A DNA stretch of 41,476 nucleotides from Bdellovibrionota bacterium (lineage in GTDB: Bacteria > Bdellovibrionota_C > UBA2361 > JBGSMV01), in the NCBI GenBank assembly GCA_044356455.1, contig JBIKWF010000031.1, positions 1 to 41,476 on the forward strand, in the 5' to 3' direction. Shown piece after piece: positions 15,795-25,382 of this stretch. Under the pieces are notes generated by a model. The model worked only from the letters and a program-made list of their open reading frames with translations. It had not been told where the DNA came from and made no database searches. The first letter of the stretch is position 1. The number at the start of each line of letters is the position of its first letter. A program made the translations under genes and the position numbers.

Positions 15795-16970
15795 ATGCCT
15801 ACTACTCCTTGGCGCACCATCCGCTGGCCCCAGATTGTCACTGAAATTCATGCTCATCTGGGCGGCTCGGTCCCTTTGTACCGACTTTGGGAAATAGCTG
15901 TCGAGCGGGGAATTCGAGGAATGGGCAGCGGGTACGAGGATTTTATCCGTACCCTTAAAATTGAAGAGGGCGGCGTTAAGGACCTCGACTCCTATCTGGA
16001 GGTCTACGACCGAGTTGAGCTTATTCAATCAGGCCCGATTGCGGTGCGCGAAAGCATCGTTATTGCCCTGCACCGCGCTTATAGAACGGGAGGTATGGCG
16101 GCCCTAGGACCCGGCGGGGAAGGCGGAGACCCTGAGCCCCTCTTCCGTATTGGCCGGATTGAGCTGCGCATGAATCCGATGAAACGCACGGGCGCGGTAT
16201 TTCTTAAAGGTAAACACGCTGGTTTATACGACGTAGACCGTGTGATTGGAGCGGCCTGCGGAGCGGTAGAGGACGTGGAGCTTGGGTTTAAGGGCAAGCT
16301 ACAGGCGGGCTTAATTTTCTGTTTTGGCCGCGATATGGCGTTTGAAGCCAACATGATTTTGGCTGAAAAGACGCGCCTGTGGTCCGAGAAGAGCGGAAAG
16401 ATTGTGGGCATAGATCTCGCGGGCCCAGAGTCGGTGAATACGCTTTCCGATCCTCAAAAATTACAAGAGATGAAGCTGGTGTTTGATACGGTAGGCGAAG
16501 GTGTAGGCCGAACCGTGCACGTAGGAGAAACTCCGCATATTGATCTCGATACGTTCATCAAGACTATTGAAGCGCTTAACCCGCACCGCGTGGCGCACCC
16601 TATCGTGGCCTTTAAGTCCTGGTGGAATAAAAAAGATGACCGCGGATTAAAGCTGCTCAAAGAGCGCAATTTAACGTGCGAGCTTTGTGTGAAATCAAAC
16701 TTGCTGACGCGCGCGGTCGCTGATCTCGCCGAATATGGCCGCATCATTGCAACTCTGGATGAATTTGGGATTCCGTATACGTTTTCAACGGACGCTCCAT
16801 CTCTTCAGGGGACAAGCCTCGCGGGAGAGCTCCTTTTGCTGCTCGATAGTAAAGCAGCGAGCGAGGAACAAATTTTGCGCGCGCTGCAAGTGGCGCACGA
16901 TAGAAGCTTCCTTCCGCTCCCGGGCCCTTCGTTTCTCGTGGAAACAAAAAAGAGTAAAGGCGGCCACTAA
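15795..16970 (+). CDS. Adenosine deaminase-family amidohydrolase
   Basis: EIHAHLGGS, GIDLAGPE, TVHVGE, RVAH, ELCVKSN and STD motifs. Likely start ATG 15795. Confidence 0.88.
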   Translation: MPTTPWRTIRWPQIVTEIHAHLGGSVPLYRLWEIAVERGIRGMGSGYEDFIRTLKIEEGGVKDLDSYLEVYDRVELIQSGPIAVRESIVIALHRAYRTGGMAALGPGGEGGDPEPLFRIGRIELRMNPMKRTGAVFLKGKHAGLYDVDRVIGAACGAVEDVELGFKGKLQAGLIFCFGRDMAFEANMILAEKTRLWSEKSGKIVGIDLAGPESVNTLSDPQKLQEMKLVFDTVGEGVGRTVHVGETPHIDLDTFIKTIEALNPHRVAHPIVAFKSWWNKKDDRGLKLLKERNLTCELCVKSNLLTRAVADLAEYGRIIATLDEFGIPYTFSTDAPSLQGTSLAGELLLLLDSKAASEEQILRALQVAHDRSFLPLPGPSFLVETKKSKGGH

Positions 16971-17046
16971 TGCGGAGTTGGTAGCGCTCACAAAAAGGAC
17001 TCCTCTCAAAGAGGCTTTCGCTTCGTAACCAGATTACTTTCGTAGG

Positions 17047-18531
17047 ATGATTCATATGGCTATTGCTCAAGTTTCTCTTCCCCGCCGCAAAACAAAAATT
17101 GTGGCAACAGTCGGCCCCGCGTCCCGCGCTCCGGAGCGCATTCGCGAGCTTATTCTTGCTGGCACGAATGTGTTTCGCCTCAATTTCTCTCACGGCTCAC
17201 CGGATGAGCACCTTGAGGTGCTCAATACTATTCGCGCTGAGTCTAAAGCGCTCGAAATGCCGGTAGGTATTCTCCAAGACCTTTCGGGTCCCAAAATTCG
17301 TATTTCAAACGTTGAGGGCGACTACGCAACGATTGTTGACGGCGGCTCAATTGAGCTTGGCTTTGCCCCCAAGGGCGCCCCCTCCCCTCTTTCCAACACG
17401 AAGAGAATTTACGCAGAGACGGTAAACCCTGCGGCGGTGCTAAAGCCTGGGCACCAAGTGCTGCTTGCCGATGGCATCATTGAACTTGTCGCGGACGAGG
17501 TCGGAACTGAGTTTGTGCGCTGCACGATTCGCAAGGGCGGAAGAATTCGCTCGCGCGTCGGAATCGCTTTTCCTGATAGCAATGTAGACCTTCCGGCGAC
17601 GACCGAGAAGGACATGCGCGATCTCGACTGGGGAATTAAGCACGGGGTTGATTTCGTCGCGATTTCTTTTGTGCAAAACGCACAAGACCTCCTCATGCTG
17701 CGCGACGTGATCCGCGGCAAAAATAGTCCGATTCAGCTGATTTCGAAGATTGAACGTAAGATCGCTCTTGAAAACATCGAGAGCATTCTTGACGCATCTG
17801 ACGGCGTGATGGTGGCGCGCGGCGACCTTGGGCTTGAGCTTCCGCTTGAGCAAGTACCGCTCGTGCAGCGCCGCTTGATTGAACAGGCAAATTTTCGCGG
17901 CATCCCCGTCATCGTCGCAACACAAATGCTGCATTCTATGATTACTTCTATTCGCCCCACGCGCGCGGAAGTAACTGACGTAGCTTTTGCAGTAATGAGC
18001 GGAACGGACGCGGTCATGCTTTCTGAGGAGACCGCCATTGGTGAGCATCCTCGCGTGTGTGTGCAGTATCTTGGTAAAGTGGCAATGGAGGCTGAAAAGA
18101 CCTTCGAATTTGAAGAATACAAGCTTCGTCTTCGAAACTCCGACCGCTTGACGCTGCCGGACGCCGTTTCGTACGCGGCCTGCGCCGCCGCGATTAAGGT
18201 AAATGCAAGCGCGATTATCGCGTGTTCGCACACCGGGAACTCGGCGCGGCTTATCGCCAAGTACCGCCCTCAACAACCGCTCTTCGCTGCTTCAAGCGAT
18301 GAAGGCGCCCTGCGCCGTATGTGTTTGGTATGGGGCCTGATGCCGGTTCGTCTTCCCCCGCGCAAGCAGGGCGAGTCGGAACTTGACCTGGCGATGCATA
18401 CGCTTGAGGAGCGCTACGCCTTCCCGCGCGGAGCTCGCGCCGTTATTACGGGCGGTATCTCGGCCCAGAACCCTGGCTCCACAAGCCAGCTACAAATTCG
18501 GGAGTTTGAGGGCACACACGCGAAGAGCTAA
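17047..18531 (+). CDS. pyk: Pyruvate kinase
   Basis: TKIVATVGPAS, FRLNFSHG, DLSGPKIR, VMVARGDLG, ATQMLHSM and DAVMLSEETA motifs. Confidence 0.98.
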   Translation: MIHMAIAQVSLPRRKTKIVATVGPASRAPERIRELILAGTNVFRLNFSHGSPDEHLEVLNTIRAESKALEMPVGILQDLSGPKIRISNVEGDYATIVDGGSIELGFAPKGAPSPLSNTKRIYAETVNPAAVLKPGHQVLLADGIIELVADEVGTEFVRCTIRKGGRIRSRVGIAFPDSNVDLPATTEKDMRDLDWGIKHGVDFVAISFVQNAQDLLMLRDVIRGKNSPIQLISKIERKIALENIESILDASDGVMVARGDLGLELPLEQVPLVQRRLIEQANFRGIPVIVATQMLHSMITSIRPTRAEVTDVAFAVMSGTDAVMLSEETAIGEHPRVCVQYLGKVAMEAEKTFEFEEYKLRLRNSDRLTLPDAVSYAACAAAIKVNASAIIACSHTGNSARLIAKYRPQQPLFAASSDEGALRRMCLVWGLMPVRLPPRKQGESELDLAMHTLEERYAFPRGARAVITGGISAQNPGSTSQLQIREFEGTHAKS

Positions 18532-18660
18532 GGAACCTCTCAGAAACCTCCCTACTTAAGACACCTCTGTGTACCTCTGCGACCTCTGTGGTGAAATTTT
18601 CGTCAAGGAATTCACCACAGAGGACGCGAAGGTACACAGAGGTGAGTTCTATAGAGATCC
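18532..18660 (+). mobile_element. ~130-bp MITE, subtype II
   Basis: Begins GGAACCTCTCAGAAA directly after CTAA (the pyk stop). Hairpin CCTCTGTGGTGAA/TTCACCACAGAGG. Right TIR eroded. Confidence 0.75.
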
Positions 18661-18761
18661 CCTTCTAACCCCCGAGAGCTACCTTGCGTCCGGGCTTATT
18701 CCGGTACATTGTTTCAAAGTGCTTAAAGTACCTTGGTACTGTTCATCGTAGCGGAGCGAAC

Positions 18762-19880
18762 ATGGGATTTCAGGATTTTGTAAGTGAAACAGAAGCCGCC
18801 ACTCTTAGCGGAGTAAGCGTTGCAACCCTCAGGCGTTTCTCTGAGGTTGGCTATCTAAAAGTTGAGAAAGATGCCGACGGAGTTCCTCTTTTCTCGAAGT
18901 CGGAATTAGGCGCAGTTTTTGGGGCTCTGTCTCCTGCGGCCTTAGCCCCTACCAACTTTATGCCGTCAAGCTTTAAGCCAGCGAGCACCACCACGGTTGC
19001 TACCGTTGGAGCGCCTAACCCTTCTACAAATCCAAGCAAATCTGAGACTGCCAGTAGCGAGCCCACAAAAACCGGAGCCGTAACGAGCCTGTTCGAGCTC
19101 CTCGGGAAAGATAAGCGGCCTCTCAACCAGCAGGTAGAAAAGGACGTCGTCCCTCCTGCTGCCGCAAACTCCTTCTCCTCTCAGGTGAGCTCTGCTGCAG
19201 CGGTAGCTGCTGCGACAAGCGCCGCTTCCACGGTAACGACGAGCGCCCTTGCTGCGACTTCTGAAGCGCCTGCGATGGCGCCGAGCGCACCTTCAGAGGT
19301 TGCTTCGGCTACGGAAGTTCCGGCTCAGAGTCCCGCGTCCCCGGCCGCAGCGCCTCAGAACTTAAGCGCCGAAGGCACGGGAACGAGCGCGGCTCTTGAC
19401 GAAGCGGCCGCGACCCAGATTACCCAGCTTACTGCGCTCCTTGATGATATGCGCAGCGAGAATCGAAAATTGCGCACAGTGGTCGATCTACAAGAGAAGA
19501 TTCTCACCATTCGCGAGAATGAGATTCGCGATCTTAAAGAGCAGAGAGACTGGCTTAAGTCGCGGCTTGAGCGCTTGGAAGAGAAAGCAGACCGCGACCA
19601 GCTTCTGCTTCTTTCCGAGACCCAGACCATTCGGCGCCTCATTTCTCTTCAAGAGCCCAAGAAATCAACGTTTCGCTTGGCGCTTGATTGGTTAGGGGTA
19701 ACAAGCACCAATCAAGGGAATGCGAACCAAGAGGGTTCGTCGACGATTGAAGTTCAAAATTCGCACCAGCAGCGCCCGGGGAATACTAATTCCAATTTCA
19801 GCGATTCATCACGCGGAAACGAGGCACGCAAGAATCAAGATAATAAGGGCGCGGGGCGCTCGAATCGCGAAGCTGCCTAG
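18762..19880 (+). CDS. MerR-like HTH protein with low-complexity linker and coiled coil
   Basis: SETEAATLSGVSVATLRRFSEVGYL HTH, Ala/Ser/Thr/Pro linker and heptad region. SD GGAG precedes ATG 18762. Confidence 0.82.
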   Translation: MGFQDFVSETEAATLSGVSVATLRRFSEVGYLKVEKDADGVPLFSKSELGAVFGALSPAALAPTNFMPSSFKPASTTTVATVGAPNPSTNPSKSETASSEPTKTGAVTSLFELLGKDKRPLNQQVEKDVVPPAAANSFSSQVSSAAAVAAATSAASTVTTSALAATSEAPAMAPSAPSEVASATEVPAQSPASPAAAPQNLSAEGTGTSAALDEAAATQITQLTALLDDMRSENRKLRTVVDLQEKILTIRENEIRDLKEQRDWLKSRLERLEEKADRDQLLLLSETQTIRRLISLQEPKKSTFRLALDWLGVTSTNQGNANQEGSSTIEVQNSHQQRPGNTNSNFSDSSRGNEARKNQDNKGAGRSNREAA

Positions 19881-19936
19881 GAGTCTGTCCCGTAGAGGAT
19901 TCTCACCTCTCAACGTGGTAGTGGCTACGGGCCCTC
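19881..19936 (+). mobile_element. Small TIR element, second family
   Basis: CTAG|GAGTCTGTCCCGTAGAG matches the reverse complement of 38428-38448 at 20/21 nt. Its other end reads CTACGGGCCCTC. Confidence 0.55.
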
Positions 19937-20095
19937 AAAAAACTCACCCCTGCGTCCCCCGCGTCCCCTGTGGTAAAATTTTCATGAAGAAATTCACCAC
20001 AGAGGACGCAGGGGACAAAGAGGTACACAGAAATTTTACCACAGGGGACGCAGGGGTACGCAGAGGTATACAGAGGTAAACTTTTCTGAGGCTCC
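19930..20095 (-). mobile_element. MITE subtype II with a duplicated hairpin arm
   Basis: CCCCTGTGGTAAAATTT arm followed by two ACCACAG(A/G)GGACGCAGGGG arms. TIR TTTTCTGAGGCTCC. Confidence 0.7.
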
Positions 20096-20116
20096 CTGAC
20101 TAAAGGAGTACGGCGC

Positions 20117-20159
20117 AAAAAAAACGGGCGACTCGGTTTATCACCGAATCGCCCGTTTT
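20117..20159 (-). terminator. Intrinsic terminator of the OmpA-family gene
   Basis: AAAACGGGCGAcTCGGT/ACCGAaTCGCCCGTTTT stem with an 8-T run on the minus strand. Confidence 0.85.
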
Positions 20160-20180
20160 ATTTATTATGTATTTACGAAA

Positions 20181-21023
20181 CTATTCTGCGGCCTTTGCTT
20201 CGGCGCCAACATGAGCCTCTACGCGGCGATTAACCGCACGTGCCCAATCCGTCTCATCAGCGAAAACAGGCTGGGACTCACCGAAGGTAACAGTTGAAAG
20301 ACGCTCTGCGGGAACGCCTTGAGCTACGAGCTCCGCACGAACTGCTTCTGCGCGGTCCATGCCAAGCTTCTCGTTATACTCTTCGTTACCCCTAAAGTCG
20401 GTGTGTCCTTGAAGAACAACTTGCACCCCGCCTTGTCCCTTAAGAAGCTGCGCGAGTCTCTTCGACTGGCCTTCGCCAAGCTCTGAAAGCGCGCGCTTAT
20501 TAAAATCAAAGTTCACATCAGGGAAATAAACCTGCCTACCAGACGCGCTCGCAACTGCGGCGGCACTTGAGCCTTCTTCAGTTGCTGCTTGCTCAGGAGA
20601 AGCGGCAGAGCCAAGCACCGCTGAAGGTCCCTCATAATTAAAAGGAGCGACAGAGCGGCAATCCGGAGCGCTCTCATCAGCGGAGAAACACTCGGGGCTT
20701 CTGAAATCATAAGGCTCACGATACCCGAAGACGCTACGAGTCGTCTCCGTGGATCCGGCGAGATAGCTGATCGGACGAGCTACGCCCTCACGAAGCAGCC
20801 AGCCAAGAGGATGAAGTACGTAGCCGATAAATCGAAGAGGATGACTCTCCGATTCGCGGTAGCGCGGCTGAGGATTATAGGTCGAGATACCATTGTCCGT
20901 AGGGAGCATGTCTTGCGCGAGAGCACTTGAAGCAGCGCCGCCAACAACAGCACCCGCAACAAGGAGACCGAGCACCATGCGTGAAGATTTCCAAGGGGCG
21001 ACAGAAAATGCAAACTGATTCAT
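20181..21023 (-). CDS. OmpA-family peptidoglycan-binding protein
   Basis: Signal peptide and C-terminal FDFN...GHTD.RG.EEYN..LG..RA..V...NRRVE OmpA domain. Confidence 0.93.
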   Translation of the reverse strand: MNQFAFSVAPWKSSRMVLGLLVAGAVVGGAASSALAQDMLPTDNGISTYNPQPRYRESESHPLRFIGYVLHPLGWLLREGVARPISYLAGSTETTRSVFGYREPYDFRSPECFSADESAPDCRSVAPFNYEGPSAVLGSAASPEQAATEEGSSAAAVASASGRQVYFPDVNFDFNKRALSELGEGQSKRLAQLLKGQGGVQVVLQGHTDFRGNEEYNEKLGMDRAEAVRAELVAQGVPAERLSTVTFGESQPVFADETDWARAVNRRVEAHVGAEAKAAE

Positions 21024-21481
21024 CGGTTATCCTTTCGAATACAATCCTTGTAAAGCTCCCAGGCAATGCGCCTCAACGCAGTAGCTCTAATCCGTCGCTA
21101 CTTTTTGCCAGAACTTGTCTTTGGCATTGAGCAAAAACAAGTGGCCCCGCATCGAACACGCCTTCACGCCCGCTCTACATTCCTTCGGTTCAGAAAAGCT
21201 ACCACATGAGTCTGAGATGCGACCAGGTGAGATCTGGTGCCAGAAGGATTGTGCCTAGAATCAAGTTTGTTTGAGACGCGCCGCGACCAAGTTCACGGGG
21301 AAGACTCCTGAGTGGCTCGCCCGCTCTCCTGAAGACGCTAAATACATCATATATTCGGATAGTTATACCAACAAACACAATGCGCTCCTTGAATCCCTCC
21401 TTTCGCATCTCAAAGATGCGAGAAGTCGCGGGTAAAGGAAGACCACACGTTCACAATCATCGTTTTATTGGGAGAGTTATT

Positions 21482-23815
21482 GTGCGGTACCCCAGGTCAA
21501 TCTCGCATCAACTGCGAATGTCTCTGCTCCTCGGCTGCGCTGCGCTCGCTTCCAATCTGATTGGATATGCTTGCTTCGGCTCGCTGCCGTGGCCCGAACT
21601 TGGAAACATTTTTATCTTCATGGCGGTTGCCTCCATGGGAACCGCGGGCGCCTTTGTTTCCGCGCTCGTTGCAACTTCTGGCTCTCTGCTTTTTTTCCCT
21701 GAGCAAGCGCAAGAGCTACGCCTCATATTTCTCGCCGTAGGCGCGTCTCTCATTTTACGCGCGGCGCCGCGCATGCAGCCCTTTGCTGCAGTTGGACTAC
21801 TTTGGCTCTTTGCAATTCTGCCGTTCGCCGGTAGCGGCGGATGGAGTCCCGGATGGCAAATCGAATCCGTGATGGTGATGGGACTCTGGGATGTCTTGCT
21901 TGCGGTCGTGGCGGGACTCGCACTCATTAACCCCATTGTGTGGGGCGCCCTGACTTCGAAGCCCAGGCGCGTTGAATTAACGACGGTGTTAAGTCACGGC
22001 ATCGCGGGGGCCGCGCTTTTCCCGCTTATTGGCGCCGTTACTATTTTTGGTTTTGATGCGCTGCTCGCGACTCCGCATGCGGCCACGGCTCTTGTTTCTC
22101 TTTCTGCCTTCTCTCTTATCATGGCCCTTTGGCTTTCTGAGCGCCTATCGCTTCTTATCCAAGCCCAAGAAACGTCTCTCCTTTCTGCGGGTGGCCCAAG
22201 GCGTTTTCGTAGCATTTCACAGTTTGCCTCAGAGATGTGGAAAGGTCGCCGTCAGCTTTGGAATCAAGATTCGGGGCGCTCTGTAGATGGGGCGGAGATA
22301 ACTAGAAGCCGCGCAGTCCTCGCAAGCACCCAGGGACGCGACACGGGGATTTGCGCACTGACGCGAGGCGGCTCAGTTGCCTTCGTAAACGAGAAGTTCC
22401 GCGAGATGGCGGGAATTCAGCATAACGACATTCTTGGTAAACGCTTCGAGTCTATTCCTATGAAGCGGCGCTTCATGGAGGCAGCCACAAAATTAGTCGA
22501 CGAATCCTTTGAAAAGGGCACGGGACGCTCTTCTGAGCTTAGGCTCAACCAGTTTCCCGATCAGCTGCGCTTTTTTAAGCTCAGCACGGAACTGCCGGAC
22601 ATCCGCGCTACCAGCGAGGCGCAAAACATGATCCTTACGGCTGAAGATATCACCTCTCGCCGCACCCTAGGTTTCGAAGTAATTGTTGAGCAGCGCAGAG
22701 AATCTTTGAGTGCGCTCGTGAGTGGGCTTAGTCATGCCCTCAACAATAGTCTCACCTCTATTGCGGGATATGCCGGCTCCGCGCGCCACCTCTCAGATCC
22801 AGTCGCCCTTGGGAAGTCTCTTGATTCGATTGTTGCCGCTACCAAAGACGCGGGCAACGTGGTGCGCCAGCTCCTTGATTTCGCCGACCTACGATCCTGC
22901 ACGCCTAAGCCCGAGCAGCTGGAACAGGTACTCGGGCAGCACAAAGATCTCATGAGCAAAGCAGCAGGCGAAGCGTATGAAGTAGCTATCGATCTTGCGC
23001 GGGTTCCCTGCCCCGTCTCCTGCGACTCAGGGCTCGTTATGCAAGCGGTTACCAATCTGATTCTTCGTGCAAAAGACGCCTATGCGGCTGGGCGCGGGAG
23101 AATCTGGGTTTCGCTGGGCACTGAATCCTTTGGGGATGAAGCACTTCACCTTCTCCCCGGGGCCCGCGTAGGAACCTACGCCAGAGTGCAAGTACGGGAC
23201 GAAGGAGCCGGGATGGCTCGTGAGACGCTGCGCCAGCTCCTCGACCCTGCCAAGTCTCAAGGATCGGAAGGTGAACGGGTGGGGCTACGTCTCGCCACTG
23301 CCTACGCGATTGTGCTTGCCCATGATGGCTTCTTAATCGCCGATAGCCAGCCCGAAAAAGGCACGACGGTCTCCCTGTACTTCCCTCTGCTTTCGGACGC
23401 GGCGCTTGCTATTGAACCAAGCTCAGTAAGCGCTACTCCAAAGTCGGAAGGTGCTTCAGCGCCTCGAAGCCAGGAACACATCTTGGTAGTCGAAGACGAT
23501 GAGAACATTCGTGCCGTGGTGTCGTCCATGCTCTCTACTATGGGTTATGAAGTGGTAACCTGTAGCAGCGGGGACGAAGCGCTTAAAAAGTGCGCCGACC
23601 GGCGCTTTGACCTGGTGCTTGTAGATCTTGTTATGCCCCGCATGCATGGGCTTGAGGTGCTTGAGCGCATTAGAGGCGAATATCCTCACATGAAGACTCT
23701 TCTTATGACGGGCTCCGGGCATGTGCCTAACGGCAACCATCAGCGCCAGCAAGTGATTCCTAAGCCTTTTGATATGGAGACCTTAGCTTCCGCTATAAAG
23801 AGCTCACTTTCCTAG
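21482..23815 (+). CDS. Membrane hybrid sensor histidine kinase (TM-PAS-HisKA-HATPase-REC) with degenerate ATPase boxes
   Basis: Multiple TM helices, PAS (FVNEKF), H-box SHALNNSL, DEGAGM and receiver LVVEDD/DLVMP/KPF. SD GGAG precedes GTG 21482 (frame open from 21380). Confidence 0.9.
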   Translation: MRYPRSISHQLRMSLLLGCAALASNLIGYACFGSLPWPELGNIFIFMAVASMGTAGAFVSALVATSGSLLFFPEQAQELRLIFLAVGASLILRAAPRMQPFAAVGLLWLFAILPFAGSGGWSPGWQIESVMVMGLWDVLLAVVAGLALINPIVWGALTSKPRRVELTTVLSHGIAGAALFPLIGAVTIFGFDALLATPHAATALVSLSAFSLIMALWLSERLSLLIQAQETSLLSAGGPRRFRSISQFASEMWKGRRQLWNQDSGRSVDGAEITRSRAVLASTQGRDTGICALTRGGSVAFVNEKFREMAGIQHNDILGKRFESIPMKRRFMEAATKLVDESFEKGTGRSSELRLNQFPDQLRFFKLSTELPDIRATSEAQNMILTAEDITSRRTLGFEVIVEQRRESLSALVSGLSHALNNSLTSIAGYAGSARHLSDPVALGKSLDSIVAATKDAGNVVRQLLDFADLRSCTPKPEQLEQVLGQHKDLMSKAAGEAYEVAIDLARVPCPVSCDSGLVMQAVTNLILRAKDAYAAGRGRIWVSLGTESFGDEALHLLPGARVGTYARVQVRDEGAGMARETLRQLLDPAKSQGSEGERVGLRLATAYAIVLAHDGFLIADSQPEKGTTVSLYFPLLSDAALAIEPSSVSATPKSEGASAPRSQEHILVVEDDENIRAVVSSMLSTMGYEVVTCSSGDEALKKCADRRFDLVLVDLVMPRMHGLEVLERIRGEYPHMKTLLMTGSGHVPNGNHQRQQVIPKPFDMETLASAIKSSLS

Positions 23816-23945
23816 GGAGCCCCTGAAAAACTTCCAGTCTTCATACACCTCTGTGTACCTTCGTGTCCTCTGTGGTTAACTTCTACATGAAAATTTCACC
23901 ACAGAGGACGCGAGGGTGCAGAGAAGTGAGTTTTTCAGAGGTTCC
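23816..23945 (+). mobile_element. 130-bp MITE, subtype II
   Basis: TIRs GGAGCCCCTGAAAAAC/GTTTTTCAGAGGTTCC. CTAG on both sides; the left one contains the kinase stop codon. Confidence 0.9.
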
Positions 23946-24047
23946 CTAGGTACTTTTCTGATAAGTAGCGCTTAAGCTTTTTTCGCAGAGAGCCGACCTC
24001 TCCACCGTAGGGTTTCGTGTTTGCGGTTTTTGGGGATGGAGAACGGT

Positions 24048-24422
24048 ATGTCAAAGCGAGTGCTTGTGGTGGACGACGACCCCGTGGTTCGCCTGTTGGT
24101 GACGGAATATCTTTCAGCTCAAGGGTACACCGTTGAGACCGTTGAAAGTGGCAGCGAAGCCATGGATACCATCAACCGCTCGAAGCCTGACGTGCTCGTT
24201 CTTGACCTACTGATGCCCGACATGAATGGCATCGACGTCCTGAAACGTCTTAAGGGCAATCCTTCAACTGCCACCCTGCCGATTGTCATGATGTCCTCAG
24301 ATTTTGATAGCGAGGCAATCACCAATAGCTACAACGTAAGCGCCGATGAGTACGTGCAGAAGCCTTTTGGTATGCGCGATATACTAAGCGCTCTGCGCAA
24401 AGTGGAAGAACCGGCTTCCTAA
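24048..24422 (+). CDS. Single-domain response regulator (CheY-like)
   Basis: VLVVDDD, VLDLLMPDMNG, MMSS and KPF motifs. SD GGAG precedes ATG 24048. Confidence 0.93.
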   Translation: MSKRVLVVDDDPVVRLLVTEYLSAQGYTVETVESGSEAMDTINRSKPDVLVLDLLMPDMNGIDVLKRLKGNPSTATLPIVMMSSDFDSEAITNSYNVSADEYVQKPFGMRDILSALRKVEEPAS

Positions 24423-24578
24423 ATTTCGCTTACTGCCAAAAGTGCTGGAGGCAGAAGCCCAAGAGCTTAGAAGAAATCTGCATTCGGGTATAACGCGAAG
24501 GTCGCGAAGGAGTAGTGCGATTCCCCTCGCGTCCTTCACGTTAAAACTAAGCGCATGTACCAGGCAAGTCCCACGATA

Positions 24579-25382
24579 TTACCCGCCCTGCACAGCCTCT
24601 GCTACCTGCTCGCGAATGCGCTCAATATGAAGCGCTTTGCCGGTCGCGGGATCCATTTCGCAAACGACACCATGTAGCACAGGTTCCCCCGCCGCCACTT
24701 CGTAGGCGAAAGGCAGTCCTGTAAGAAACCGTTGGAGCGCGACTCGCGCGTCCATACCGATGATGCCGTCTTGGCTGCCGCACATGCCAAGGTCTGAAAT
24801 AAAGGCGGTACCGCCGGGGAGCACTCTCTCATCGGCAGTTTGCACGTGGGTGTGGGTTCCAAAGACAAGGCTCACGCGCCCGTCGAGGTGCCGTGCCATG
24901 GCGAGCTTCTCGGACGTGGCTTCGGCGTGCATGTCGCACACAATCATCTTGCAATCTTTAAGAGGCCCCGCAAGGAGCGCGTCTGCGGCGCGGAACGGGC
25001 AATCAAGGGGAAAATTAATAAACACGCGGCCTAGGAGATTCATCACGCCTAATTTTTGACCACCCACCGTGACGACGACAAAGCCGTGGCCCGGAGCTCC
25101 AGGGGGATAGTTTGCGGGCCGTATGAGCCAGCTTGTGCGCGATTCGATGGCAACTTTGAGCTCTTTCTTCTGCCAGGTGTGGTCGCCGAGGGTAACCACG
25201 GTTGCTCCTGAGGCCCGAATATCGTCTGCAGTCTTGGCGTCAAGGCCAAGCCCTCCGGCCGCATTTTCACCGTTGATGATAACCGCGTCAGCGCCGTAAC
25301 GTTTTACGAGCGTGGGGACAAGTCTCTGGAGCCCGACTCTACCCGGGCGCCCCACTACATCTCCTAGGCAGATAACTTTCAT
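24579..25382 (-). CDS. ymdB: YmdB-family (TIGR00282-type) metallophosphoesterase
   Basis: GDVVGRPG, NGENAAGG, RPANYP, DMHAEATSEK, GTHTHVQTAD and SDLGMCG motifs. Confidence 0.95.
   Translation of the reverse strand: MKVICLGDVVGRPGRVGLQRLVPTLVKRYGADAVIINGENAAGGLGLDAKTADDIRASGATVVTLGDHTWQKKELKVAIESRTSWLIRPANYPPGAPGHGFVVVTVGGQKLGVMNLLGRVFINFPLDCPFRAADALLAGPLKDCKMIVCDMHAEATSEKLAMARHLDGRVSLVFGTHTHVQTADERVLPGGTAFISDLGMCGSQDGIIGMDARVALQRFLTGLPFAYEVAAGEPVLHGVVCEMDPATGKALHIERIREQVAEAVQGG

Noticed and set aside
17440..18276. 278-aa antisense ORF, and similar shadow ORFs across the core genes
   Set aside because: They overlap well-supported genes such as pyk on the opposite strand or frame and show no motifs.
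19720..20118. ORFs 19720..20079 and 19903..20118 (also 18446..18637 and 18569..18751)
   Set aside because: They read through MITE hairpins, which produces the FTTEDA-type repeats.
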